Assembly (NCBI GenBank): GCA_016906335.1
Contig: JADEYG010000009.1
Coordinates: 372,001 to 436,000, forward strand
Source of the DNA: Novakomyces olei
Taxonomy: Eukaryota
Length of the DNA: 64,000 nucleotides
Direction of reading: 5' to 3'
The notes under the pieces are model-generated. The model was not told where the DNA came from. It was given only the letters and a program-made list of their open reading frames with translations, and ran no database searches. This document shows positions 39,271 to 51,232 of the stretch, piece by piece (the stretch's first letter is position 1; every line of letters starts with the position of its first letter). Position numbers and translations under genes: made by a program.

Positions 39271-40774
39271 TCAGTCCTTCCAATGACTTCCCAAAATTGA
39301 CGGGAAAAAGCAGCCGACTCTGCGTCTGTACTCTGCATAACGCGGATACTTTTCGGCACTAATGGACTCTGTGAGTCTTGTACTGCCTTGGAATATTGCA
39401 ACAAGCCCGAGGAATCCGAGACCAGTCCAATTCAGTACTGTTCGACTGGCAATACAGCCGAAGCCGTATATTCCGAGCCAGCAGAGTTGCTCGCCCGTGA
39501 AATTCGGGTGACGGGCCCAAGCAAAGAGGCCGGTAGTATTGAAACCGAGCTCTAGACGTCTTGCCGGGAAGCGTTGAGCTTCTTCTGAATCAGGATCTTG
39601 CTGGTACGCTGCTTTTGCTTTGTGAAAGCCTCGCAGGGTTAGTAACAAATTTGAAAAGCAAAAATTTGAATACGTAGTTTTGTATAAAACAGATATATAA
39701 ATAAAGAAAAAAATGAATATAGTATATATCGCACACGCTTAAACATACTCCATTGCTGTTGCTCACTGACACCGGCTGTAATCATGCTCAAAGACCAAAA
39801 TGCAGTGCACAATCCGTCCAAGTAGTTAAGCGGCTGGTGGGCACCAGCTTTGACGATCAAATATGCTGAAACGTATTAGCCTAGTAACAAAAATCAATGA
39901 AAAAGTGGCGCCAAGATGATACATCTAGGGGCTTTGAACAGGATTGGAACTGCGAAGCGAAGAGATAGTAATCAAGTGATACAATAAAGCAGAATTTTGT
40001 ATAGAAAAATCGGGTAAAATAAACTGCGACGTGGAACCCACCCGGACTCGCCAGTCCCATCAGCAAATAATTCTGAATAAGGCTGATAAACGCAAAGTTG
40101 AAAATGTGCCACAGCGCGGGACGGAACCACGTGCGTACAGTGGACCACCGATAATCCTCTGATCCTCTGTTCCCTTAGTACTAAAAAAAATACGCCTAAA
40201 TACCTTTTATACCCTCCTCGTCGGGCATAATTGAATGTGAGTCTCACAGACCAGAGGACGCTGAGTGCCGTGACGAGATAAAGCCGTGGAGACGCACATT
40301 TGTTTAACGCTGCCCAAGCCAAAAAGTGGACAACGTATACAGTCGGCACAATGCTCCATGAACGGTCGACCTGGACAAGTAAGAAATCTCGACTTGATAA
40401 AGGCTTTTTAAATAAAGTCTGTTTTTAAAGTAGAGTCTTTTTTAATCTTCACTCTTTTCTTAACAGAGTCTGTTTCAATGTTTCTGTAACCTCTGAGCAC
40501 TTTTCCCCTTCCACTCTTAACTTGTATCTCGCGCCTTTTTTCACGGATAACCTCAGTCTCGCCTACCTGTGAATAATTTTGGTTGAGCTCGCTCACTGTG
40601 AAGGCACAGAGACCTAGAACGTTGCTCACTCCGAATGCCAATGCAAGCGGGTTTGTGCGTCGGAAAACGTCGACGAGATGAAGCATTTTGCTTGTTAACC
40701 TTTCCACAAAAATGCTTCGTCAAAAGTACTGTTTATCGACAGCTTATTTAAACGCCTCCGTACCATGATGTCAT
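39271..40774 (-). CDS. DUF1295 / steroid 5-alpha-reductase-like membrane protein, multi-exon; start uncertain (40774 or 40686)
   Basis: NYSQ|VDRSWSIVP, WSVRLTFNYARRGGY, EDYRW, EQQQW, GFNTTGLFAWARHPNFTGEQLCW and FQGSTRLTESISAEKYPRYAEY. Confidence 0.88.
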
Positions 40775-41803
40775 GAGGGCAATTAATCGGCCCGAAAAAA
40801 CTGACGACGAAAATAAAAGTAAAATAGAGGAGCTCGGTCGAGGGCAGTGGACTACTTGCCGAGTGTAGTGCACTGTGCGGCGCGTTACTTTCTTTTACGC
40901 TATCTTTGCTGTGGATTGAGGCGACTCTCCTTATTGTAAAACACTGTTGCTCTATCAGCCTCGGACTGGCCCCTTTTGTACTACGAATTTGTCTGATATT
41001 ACAAATTGCCTGATACTACAGATTTGCCTGATACCACTGTCGCACTCGCTATTAGACGGGAGACGCGTCGAGTCAATGTACGAGTAGAGTCGCGAAGCGC
41101 AAACAGTTAAATGTAATGACTCACAATCTCCACGAGTCAAACTAAATGAATATTATCTGACCCGAATTTAGATTGTCACCAGCTATAAAATCCGGGGTAA
41201 ATACTTGTGTTACTGTGTAAGTAGTACACTGCGGACTAAACCCTTTTACATAATCAATCGCAATAGTATTCGGAATAGAGACGCATTTAACCTCCGAGGT
41301 CGGTAGTCGGTTCCTCCTCAATTTGAATTTAATATATTACAAATCTCTATTTTATTCAATTAATGTAGAGTCAGACAAGGTGAGTATGGCCAATTGCTCT
41401 TTGCTGAGGAATAAAAGACTTTGAAATTGAAGACAGACGGTCAATTTTTGTTTGTGTAGGCTTTTAGGTTGGCTTTGCTAATGATATATACCAGGTATAT
41501 AGCGAATATTGATTTTCACTAATACAATAATGTTATAATACTAATATTGCACAAATACAACAGCAAAAATGGCGCGGTATTCACGATATTTACATAGAAT
41601 CACAGAATATAATTTTATTATTGCACACATTATGTACGCGTAAAGCAGCTAAAGATTTACACGATATTTACCCATACAATCACAGGCATTCACTGATCAA
41701 GACTGCCAATGCGGCAGAACTGACATGCTCAAGCCTCAATCTTTCCAGTAAAATGGTCTGAGCTGAGCAGCCTGCAATTTCAGATCAGTTTTCATAACCG
41801 CAA

Positions 41804-42694
41804 ATGTCTCTGGCTCTGCCGGCTGCACAGGAGCCCTTTTCGACAAACGGAGGAGACAATTGGGACAACGATTCCGGAGGCGGGGCGGACGCGACCACTA
41901 ATGCTATCTTGAATCTGTACCTGCAACCGAGACGCGCCGATGACGCGTTCAAGGAGTCTGGCAAAACGCGTATGGCGCGTTCAGTTTCGATGCCGTTGCA
42001 AGACTTTGTATTACACGATGAACCTGAGCCAGTGGACAGCGTTTGGAGGCACAAAGCTCGTGTCCCCTCTGTGGGCAGCTCACAGTCCTGGCGGAGACGG
42101 CCTTACTCTGGAAGCGTGAGAAAATCTACGTCTGCACGTGCCGCGCTCAGCGCACAGTCGGATCAAGATCAACCGAGACATGTGGCTAAAAGGCCCAACG
42201 CGTACGCTCCTCGTGGCCCAGAGCCCTGGCTTTTGCAGATGGGAGCTCCTCAGGCAGTGGCCTTGCCCGTAGTAGAGCGCCAGCGTGAGATTGAAGCGTG
42301 GGAAAAGGAAGGGAGGGAACGATTAGTGACTGCTTGGGGTGCAGACGGGGCTCCTCTGGCTTTTGCAGAAAAGAGCAGCGAGGCTAATTTAGGTGCGGAG
42401 ACTGGTAGTAGTAGACGCCTCAGCGATAATTTAAACGCGGGCAGTGCTGTAGAATGTAGAAACGAGGGAGGCTCCACTGGCGAGCTGGCAAATGGAATAT
42501 ATGAAGCGGGCCAGGAAGGCGACGTGGATATCAATAGCGGTATAGGGCACGGCGGACAAGATATTGCGGAAAAGCCGGGCATCCGGGCCAATCCAGACAC
42601 AAACAGGCAGTCAGCGTATTGGTCCCCGGATACTACGATTGAGCGCGTCACTAGCAATGAGCCAGTAGGCTGCTGTAGATGCACTATTGCATAG
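41804..42694 (+). CDS. Hypothetical low-complexity protein ending in CCRCTIA (CAAX plus upstream Cys)
   Basis: 296-codon ATG ORF, GC-richer than its flanks, with a terminal CaaX motif. No family recognised. Confidence 0.75.
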   Translation: MSLALPAAQEPFSTNGGDNWDNDSGGGADATTNAILNLYLQPRRADDAFKESGKTRMARSVSMPLQDFVLHDEPEPVDSVWRHKARVPSVGSSQSWRRRPYSGSVRKSTSARAALSAQSDQDQPRHVAKRPNAYAPRGPEPWLLQMGAPQAVALPVVERQREIEAWEKEGRERLVTAWGADGAPLAFAEKSSEANLGAETGSSRRLSDNLNAGSAVECRNEGGSTGELANGIYEAGQEGDVDINSGIGHGGQDIAEKPGIRANPDTNRQSAYWSPDTTIERVTSNEPVGCCRCTIA

Positions 42695-43104
42695 AATGGG
42701 GTTGCCATTATGAATGCATAATAAATGCATAATGAATGCTCCTTTTCTTATTTGCCTTGTCTATAAACGCCGATTATGCAAGCTCAATGCACTGATGAAA
42801 CCAGAAACCAGGTTGTAAAAGAATTTTGAAGATAAAATAATAAAAAACAAATTTGTAAAGTAAAGAAAATAATACAGTAACTGATTGAATAAATGGATGA
42901 AAAAAATGGATGGATAAATGGATGGATGGATGGATGAATGAATTTCGTGTCAACAAATCATGCATGAAGGTAAAACAAACAAAAATAAATAACCAAATGA
43001 AAAGCGAAAATCAAATAAATGAACAAGTAAGAAGAATACACATGAACAGAACAAAAGGCAACTGGTGATCCTCGACATATCGTCCTTGCACGTTGGCCAT
43101 CAAA

Positions 43105-44719
43105 TTAAGCCCAGACTTCACGAAGCCAAGCTGCCATATCAGTCTTCTTTTTTGCGTGGCCCATAACCCAAGGATGCTCTAGCATCTGACGAGGACTGTG
43201 CCGTTTTTTTGGATTTCTTTCAAGACAGGCACGAAGAAAATGGCGAAACGAGTCCGTCCATTTAATACCTTGTTCCGGCTCGTCCGCAAGCTCGGGAATA
43301 CCGCGGTCTACAATATAAGTGAGAAGCTCAATCGGCATTAGCGGCGGCTCTCCGTCAGATGGGAACGGGAACCGATTGCAAGCAACCTCCATGAGTGCGA
43401 GTCCAAGCGACCATACATCGCTAGTCACTTTGTATGGTTCTCCGCGGATACGTTCAGGCTTTTCAATTAACAAAATGTAATGAAACCAAATACGATACTC
43501 AAAAAAATTAAAAATTAAAATAAAGGAACTCAATGATTGAACAAAAGAATCGTGAATATCAATATAATACTTACCGCCATGTAATATGAAGTGCCTGTAA
43601 AAGTCCCGGCGAGCGAATTCACAAGTTCGCCAGAGACGCCAAAATCGCAGAGTTTAACTTGCCCTTCTGCAGTTAAAAGAATATTAGACGGCTTTATGTC
43701 TGCACAATTAGTAATGACCTAGTATACTCGACGACTTTTACAAACCTCGATGGATAATACGGCGGTCGTGCAAGTAGCGCAATCCACTAAGTACACCAAA
43801 CGCAATTTTGCCCAACGGCCTTTCGCCAGTACGTCCTCCACGGGCTTTCACCTGCTTGTAGACGGCGTCTAATGATCCATTGGCACAGTATTCCATAGCA
43901 ATAGAGATCTGGCCATTGTTCTCGTCTACAAACGCACCATAGTACTGGGCGATATACGGAGAATCACAGGATTTGTTGAACTCTAATTCGCGCAGAATTT
44001 GCCGATGCATTTGCGGATTGGGATCGGAAACGATAGTCTGATAATTAATAAGAAAAAAGCAGGTTTCAGCGTTGATTGTATAGATAGTAAACGCAAAGCC
44101 AGGAACGTGGGCATAAATAAATAACACAAAATTCATAAACAAAACAAATTCATAAATACATGCTCCACAGTCGGAAACACGTTTAACGGAACGTTGCAGG
44201 CCCCAAAAGAAAAGTGGCAATATACTTTATGAACCCCAAAATCCTCACCTTTAAAGCAAATACTTGTTTTGACCGTCGTAGCCGGCATTTACTCACACAC
44301 CCTCCGATCCCCTCGCCGAGCCTCGAAATAGTGACAATCTCATTTGCCGATGATAGAGCGCTCCAGGCTTCAGAGTCGAGAGGCTCTAAATCCGTAGGAC
44401 AAGGCGAGTGAGAACGCGATCGAGGCTTTCTCCTTTCACCGTCCTCATCGTCATTCAGCAGCCGGCGAATATCGTCGTTGAGGCTCGAGAGAGGAGTGTT
44501 ATTGTACACACTAGCACTGCTTAATGCGCCGCTGCTTTGAGGGGCACAATTGCTCGGAAGTATGCTTATGCCGTCATGCAAACGCGGTATCAATAAATGC
44601 CCATCTGAAGCCGTTGCCGCTGACGGTAAAACGGGTTCAATTTGAAGAGTCGGCAACGGCGGACCTTTGCGTGGAAGCCGTTGCTGCTGCTGCTGCTGCG
44701 TCCGCGTCAGGTCTGTCAT
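43105..44719 (-). CDS. MKK1: MAP kinase kinase of the cell-wall-integrity pathway (Mkk1/Mkk2/Pek1), 4 exons
   Basis: [16 protein letters not shown]|, [68 protein letters not shown] and SDVWSLG. Confidence 0.93.
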
Positions 44720-44826
44720 ACTAACGTGAGAGCTTCATTGTCATGGCGCCGGGGTTTATTCTGCACTCTGATTTATTCTTTGCTTCATTTATGCGCTCGT
44801 TGTATCATTTAATAATAAAATTTATC

Positions 44827-44844
44827 AGGGTTAGGGTTAGGGTT
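44827..44844. promoter_or_regulatory. Telobox array AGGGTTAGGGTTAGGGTT in the MKK1/DBP8 divergent promoter
   Basis: Three tandem units read directly. Confidence 0.6.
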
Positions 44845-45123
44845 TAATTGTGATAGATTAAGGATAATTTTTACGAGATACGAGGTGTTAGCTTCGTGGC
44901 CTAATATATAATCTATTTAATCTATATAATTTATATAATTAATTTAATTTACATAATTGATTTAATTTAATACCCGTCGATTATACGACGCTTATTTCTT
45001 TGCGCAATTTCATAAAGTTTTGTAACTCGTCTGCATCGCCAAACTTTGGATGGGAAATTTTTAGTGACGCGTTTCGCGGCAGATACTCAAGGCGTCTTTT
45101 GTTCCACGGCCCAATCTTCTCGT

Positions 45124-46696
45124 ATGGCGTTTCCGTCTCTCGGCGTCGCATCATGGCTCGTATCGGCTCTGAGTGCTGTTGATATTACAGAGCCAACAGC
45201 CGTGCAAAAAGCATGTATCCCTTCCATTTTGCAAGGTAGGTCGAGAATTTGTTTTCATTCTTTTTCTCTGTCTACGAGTTGTCCAAATCTTTTCACTTCA
45301 ATCGCTTTTCGTTTCAATAGCTTTTCGTTTAATCATTATTTTATTTATTTAAAAGTCTCTTAACTTTTTAATAAATCTCTTCTCTTGGCGTTCGATTCTT
45401 ACCAAAAGGTCATAACTGTATCGGTGGCGCACAGACAGGTTCGGGAAAAACTGCAGCGTTTGCTGTGCCAATGCTACAAAAATGGTCACTGGACCCTTAC
45501 GGTGTATTTGGTGTGGTGCTGACGCCGACTCGGTAGGATCAAATCAATATTCATTTTAATTAACTTCTCGACAGGGAGCTGGCGTTACAGATAGCCGAAC
45601 AATTTCAAGCGCTTGGAGCATCAATGCAGCTAAAAGTGGCAACAATAGTGGGTGGAAGCGATATTATAGCTCAGGCTATTGCGCTCTCAAAGCGACCACA
45701 CTTTGTTGTAGCTACTCCAGGTAGATTGGCTGATATTGTACGCAGTAACGGGCCTGAAACTATAGGCGGGCTTGGCCGCTGCAAATTTCTTGTGCTCGAT
45801 GAAGCAGACCGGCTTTTGAATCCATCGTTTAGTGGGGAACTGAATGACTGCTTCAGTGCTCTACCGCCTTCTGATCAGCGACAGACGTTGTTATTTACTG
45901 CTACTGTTACCCCGGCTATACGGCAGCTGACGCAGACACAAAAGCAGAACCCGCCGTTATTATATGAGGTTGACAAAGATAGGTACGCTATTACTATTTA
46001 TTATTTATTTACTCACATACTAGCATTATTGTTCCTAGCAACCTGGACGAGCGGTACATTCTGGTACCCCCGCATATAAAAGAGCCTTATTTATACGAGC
46101 TTCTTACAACGAACGAAGACAAGAGCATGATCATATTCGTAAATCGTACTCGTACGGCAGAGATGATTATGCGTATGTTGAAATTACTGGAAATTCGTTC
46201 CACAGCATTACATGGTGAAATGAAACAGCAAGAAAGGGTTAACAGCCTTGGACGGTTCCGAGCCGGTGCTGCTCGTATTCTGGTTGCTACAGACGTAGCC
46301 AGTCGTGGCCTCGATATTCCTACAGTTGCCATGGTAGTAAACATCGATGTGCCTCGGGATCCGGATGATTATATCCACAGAGTTGGGCGTACAGCTCGAG
46401 CGGGAAAACGAGGCGAGGCGGTTACGTTTGTGGGCGACCGTGATGTCGAATTAATCCATGCTATTGAGTCCAGGACAGGAACAAAGATGAAATTGTATGA
46501 TTTAAATGAAAATCGAGTGTTGGACCATTTAAATCGCGTGAGTGATGCCAAACGTGAGGCTGTGTTGAATCTGACAGACGATGGGTTTGGGTTACAAAAG
46601 CAAGCAAGAGCACAAAAGGCGCTGATGAATGGTGAAGTGTCGAAACAGAGATCTTTTGCGGGTAAAAAGGCGTTCAAGCGGAAAAGTAAGGGCTGA
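45124..46696 (+). CDS. DBP8: DEAD-box helicase Dbp8 (4 exons)
   Basis: [54 protein letters not shown] (the TAT variant typical of Dbp8) and [10 protein letters not shown]. Confidence 0.93.
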
Positions 46697-47375
46697 GGAG
46701 AGCACATTTCTGTCTGATTGGCTGGTGAAATGCAACGTAAGTAGCGCGTTTGGCGCGAATGGGCTTTGAGGCACGTTGATTGCTCAACCTGAGCTGAACG
46801 TGGATAATACTGGTTTCTATGAAGCTTTTATTCACAAGACTGTCGAAATCGGGACACTTTACACGTTTAATAGCGTGATCAATGAGTTTGGGCGCATTTG
46901 GATGCAAGACAGTGACGCTGAGCATTATCTGCTGCGAGTCAGTATAGGTTTACAGGATACCCGTTAATAGATTGGTCTTATTTGTTGGAGATAGGCGGCA
47001 TAAATGAAGAATTGCTCTATAGTAAAACATTGTAGTATATTTTCATCATCCGGTATCAATGGCTGTCATACTGCAATTTGATATAGTGTATTAATTAATT
47101 CTATTATATTTTATTAATATATAGATTTATATTTATTATTACCGTTAATTTTTGAAACTATCTAATTTGAATAATATAAAGATGTCCGTACAGATTTCGA
47201 CTCGTGTATTAATTGTATTTTTAAATATCTTTCAATATTCGCTCGCCGCAATTACCGAATCCTGGGAACGATCTACGCTTGACGGCGAACGCACAACAAA
47301 CAATGAAATTATAACCAGAAAATGCACGGTATTTTTTAGCGGAAGATTAAATCACTGTGATTCGATCCGGCGGGT

Positions 47376-48035
47376 ATGGCGACGCTGGCCAGTTCTACGT
47401 TGGCATCTTCCACCGCGTCGAGCACGATAGAACTACCGTCGCCGGGATATACTATTGTTGTCCCGCCGAAAGTTCATCGAGCCATGGTCTTGACTTACCT
47501 GCTGGCCTCTATATTCGGTGCAATATTTGCTGTAATAGGTACTTTAGCTTTGATCTTGGGCTTTTATTTCATTTCTTTGATTTATTTGTTCATTTATGTG
47601 ATTTTTATTTTATTTCATTTCACTTTTCATTTCATTTTATTTTATTTCTAACCGGATTGCACAGGACTTGTGATTATGATGCATAGAAAATACAATTATT
47701 TACAACGAGTTCAGCAAGAGCGTGAGCTTGTGCGGATGACTGGACATGGACGGCGCTCTCGTGAATATGGTGCTTCCGGCCGCGGTTTATTATGGGGCGC
47801 TGATGGTGTACTTGACCGATCGAACCGTGCAACTTACCGACCAGACTCTGGCTACAAGCTGGACGAAGAGCTTTTGGATGAAGAAGGTCTTGAACCGGAG
47901 GACAGGTTCCCTCCAGCGTACGAGCAGGCGTCTCAAGCTAATGATAGTAAGCAAAAGGAGAAGGAGGCAAGTTCCGATGAGAATGGTGGAGAGCCTAATG
48001 GTGGAGAGCCTAGAGAAATACAGCAGAGTCCATGA
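47376..48035 (+). CDS. Single-pass membrane protein with cytosolic PPAY motif (possible Rsp5/Nedd4 adaptor), 2 exons
   Basis: A GTACTT..CTAAC..CAG intron (47499-47663) joins a Ser/Thr-rich N-terminus and TM (LTYLLASIFGAIFAVI|GLVIMM) to a basic/acidic tail containing FPPAYEQ. Confidence 0.75.
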
Positions 48036-48382
48036 AGAGGGGTTGTAAGAGTTAAAATTGCACGTAAAACAATTTTTATCGAGGGATTCAGACAAAATTT
48101 TGGGAAAAAGACGAGGATTAGTCTTTTGATTGTGTTACGGTTCTCCATTCAAATATTGTGGGGAGCTATTGACTCGAGCGCAATTGGTTTGGTGGTTTCA
48201 AAAGTCTGCTCAAAGATTTATGACTAGATTTCATGAATATAAAATATACATATACAGTCGGCTCGAGAGAGTTCCGTTTCAACCCTACTCATCTGGACCA
48301 CTTTATAATTGCATAATAATTCATTGCTAAAGCAACCCATTTGACATATTAAACCATACTAGTCTTCTAAGCAAACCCCAAT

Positions 48383-50203
48383 CTATCGACTCCACGAACT
48401 GCCGTCCTGCTTTGAAAGGGCACTACGCTGCTGCTTTTGGTACACATTTTGCTTTTGGTCACCTTTCCCCTTGTACCCCGAACGCCTTTTCGCAACTTTA
48501 TCTGATCGTCCACTAGCGCCAATAGTAATGTTCACAGCCGGCGGGGTAGAGAACCCAAACGCTTTGGCCACTTTCGCCAAGTCCAGATTGTTAATGTCAA
48601 AGACGCTTTTGAGGGAATAAGAGGCATAAGCTTGCAGGTAAGCACGATACCCGTCTTTCGCACTTCGATTTAAGTAATAATTCTTGCTCACCAATTTTTC
48701 CAATTGGCTTTGTACGTTAGCAATCTTGTTGGCTGGAAATTCAAACTCGTTCAGCGGCACTTTTGCCGCCTTCAAAAATCGCAAAAATCCTAATTCATGT
48801 GGAGCCAGGAACAGGAGAGATTTGCCCTTTCCGGCTGCTCCACGAGCAGTACGGCCAACACGATGAATATAGTCCCGAGGATCATCAGGTGGGTCAAATT
48901 GCACGATCCAATCGACAGCAGGAATATCGAGTCCTCGAGCAGCAACGTCCGTGCAGATAAGAATACCTTGTTTTGCATTACAAAACTCAAAAAATGTGTT
49001 TGTTCGTTTCTGTTGCTTTTGCTTGCCGTGCAGTTCGAGAACGGGCAGATCAATGTAATTTAGCAGCTCTGCGTGGTACTTTACGCAATTGCAAGAAGCA
49101 AAAAATACGATGATTTTCTTCTTCAAGTTTCGTTTCAAGAAAGAAAATAAGAGAAGGAAACGTTTGTCTGAGTCGCAGACCACGTAGCCCTGTTCCAGTC
49201 CTGCAACAGTAGCATTATCCTCAGTAGCCTCAACATCAATGTAGAGCGGACCCGGACGTAATGATATCCTAGCCAAATCTTCGACTTTATTTGTTTGTGT
49301 TGCGGAGAAAAGCATAGATTGACGGTTCTCACTGGGCAGAATTTTCACAATCTGTCGCATTTCATCCTCGAACCCAATTTCCAAGATTCGATCTGCTTCA
49401 TCGATAACCAAAGCTTTAAGATTACGAAAGACAAAGCCTTTTGTATTTTGTAAATGATCGAGCAAACGGCCCGGCGTGGCGATCAAGAGATTTACACCTT
49501 TTTGTAATTTTTCTGCTTCAGCTCGACGATTGGCACCTCCAATCACAATGCCAAAAGTCTGGCTGTGATGAGCCATCAGCTCACGAGCTACCCCAAAGAT
49601 TTGCAGAGCCAGTTCTCGAGTTGGGGAGACCACAATAACTCCAGTACCGTTTCGGGGTTTGAACTTTAAGGCGTGTAGCATTTCAATAGCAGGAATCAAA
49701 AACGCTAAAGTTTTGCCAGATCCCGTTTTTGCTGCTCCTAGTACATCGCGACCAGCCATTAGTGGCGGGATAGATCGTGCTTGAATGCTCGTCATCTTTG
49801 TGAATCCCATATCAGCAATACCCCGAGCTGTCCGTTCAGACAAAACGAGCTGAGAGAAATCTGAAGGCTCATCAGCTTGAGGCGCAGGTAAACTTGCTGC
49901 TGGAGCGATCTCATGAGCGTTGCCTTTGCCATCGTCCTCCACATCATCTTCCTCACTGTCCTGGCCGCCAAAATTCTCTTGAACGTCTTGGATCTCAGGT
50001 TCGAGAGACTCTGGAAATTTTTGAATCTGTACTTTGTCCTCCTCGTCCTCGCCATCCACCTTTTCGCTCTTGTGTTTTTTGGTTTTCGATATCTTCAACC
50101 CATTTTCAGACGCATTCTTGTCCCCCAATTTTGAGGTCTTGTGAGAGTGACTGTCTCGTGAATGATGCTTGCGTTTCCTATCCACCACGTCTGTGGCCGC
50201 CAT
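48383..50203 (-). CDS. HAS1: DEAD-box helicase Has1
   Basis: [50 protein letters not shown] and [19 protein letters not shown]. Confidence 0.97.
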   Translation of the reverse strand: MAATDVVDRKRKHHSRDSHSHKTSKLGDKNASENGLKISKTKKHKSEKVDGEDEEDKVQIQKFPESLEPEIQDVQENFGGQDSEEDDVEDDGKGNAHEIAPAASLPAPQADEPSDFSQLVLSERTARGIADMGFTKMTSIQARSIPPLMAGRDVLGAAKTGSGKTLAFLIPAIEMLHALKFKPRNGTGVIVVSPTRELALQIFGVARELMAHHSQTFGIVIGGANRRAEAEKLQKGVNLLIATPGRLLDHLQNTKGFVFRNLKALVIDEADRILEIGFEDEMRQIVKILPSENRQSMLFSATQTNKVEDLARISLRPGPLYIDVEATEDNATVAGLEQGYVVCDSDKRFLLLFSFLKRNLKKKIIVFFASCNCVKYHAELLNYIDLPVLELHGKQKQQKRTNTFFEFCNAKQGILICTDVAARGLDIPAVDWIVQFDPPDDPRDYIHRVGRTARGAAGKGKSLLFLAPHELGFLRFLKAAKVPLNEFEFPANKIANVQSQLEKLVSKNYYLNRSAKDGYRAYLQAYASYSLKSVFDINNLDLAKVAKAFGFSTPPAVNITIGASGRSDKVAKRRSGYKGKGDQKQNVYQKQQRSALSKQDGSSWSR

Positions 50204-50332
50204 CCTGTAGACCTCTAACGTTGTCGAGAAAAAAAAAATAATTATTATTTATTTCATATAGCGAAAATTACTATTTAAGGCTAGAAAGTTAAGGGAATAA
50301 AATTCAAGTATATTTTTATGTATTGCGACAGC

Positions 50333-50334
<2 letters not shown>

Positions 50335-50379
<45 letters not shown>

Positions 50380-50380
50380 T
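50335..50380. repeat. (TTA)n microsatellite upstream of HAS1
   Basis: Read directly. Confidence 0.9.
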
Positions 50381-51232
50381 ACAGCAAAGTGATCTTCAAA
50401 TTACATATTGTGGGACTTCTAGCACACATAGAATATTTCTATACAGGGTTTTCCATTGCACGTTTGACGTTTTATAGGCTAATATTCATTTTGTGCGTCA
50501 TTTTTCCAACGTGTCATAAGAAGAGCGTACAGATCGTTGAAAAGCACTGGCGTTGTTACGCCTTTGTATGCCGTTTTGACGAGGAGCGGTACCGGATGCG
50601 CTATACGGCTACTAAAGCTTGATTAAGGCTGGGGTTTTCTTGCCGAAAGGCTTTTAATAATTCTTCTGTTCTTCCTTTTTTTACTCCATTTTTTTTCCTC
50701 TTTTTTTCTAGCCTTCTTTTGTTTGCGCGAGGTTCTACTGAGGAGTCGATCGAGGTCGCGCACTAGTTTACCGGTACTATCACGCTCTTTATTCGACTGA
50801 AACAGGGGCGCGTATACGGCTTCTTTGAACTTGAACCTATATTCTTTGGCTCTTATTTTTTTTTTTCATTTTGGGGAGAGGAGCGCGTTCGTGAGAATAC
50901 TTTGGAGCATATATTCTTACCAGCTGCTTTAGTGTGCTTATAAGCCTGTTGATTTAAACACACTACCGATCTGAACGTCGATTTTTGATTTTCATGTGAA
51001 GGCGGTGTTGCTGTTTATTAAATACTCTACACTGTAGCTGTTTCTGAAAGGCGTTAACAGTACAATATTGGCGAACGCTGTTTGTCTTCGCTTTTCTTGC
51101 AAACTGCTTGCACACTACTAATACTGTCTATTCCTTTGCTTGGCCTGGCTATCGATAAATTATTCTTTATCCCGGTCTTTATTGATCTCAATCACGAGTT
51201 ACTCGCATCACTGCTTACTCCTTCCCTTCATT

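Noticed and set aside
46776..46967. Plus-strand 63-aa ORF after DBP8
   Set aside because: TTG start, and the nearby ATG/GTAAGT does not splice into this frame.
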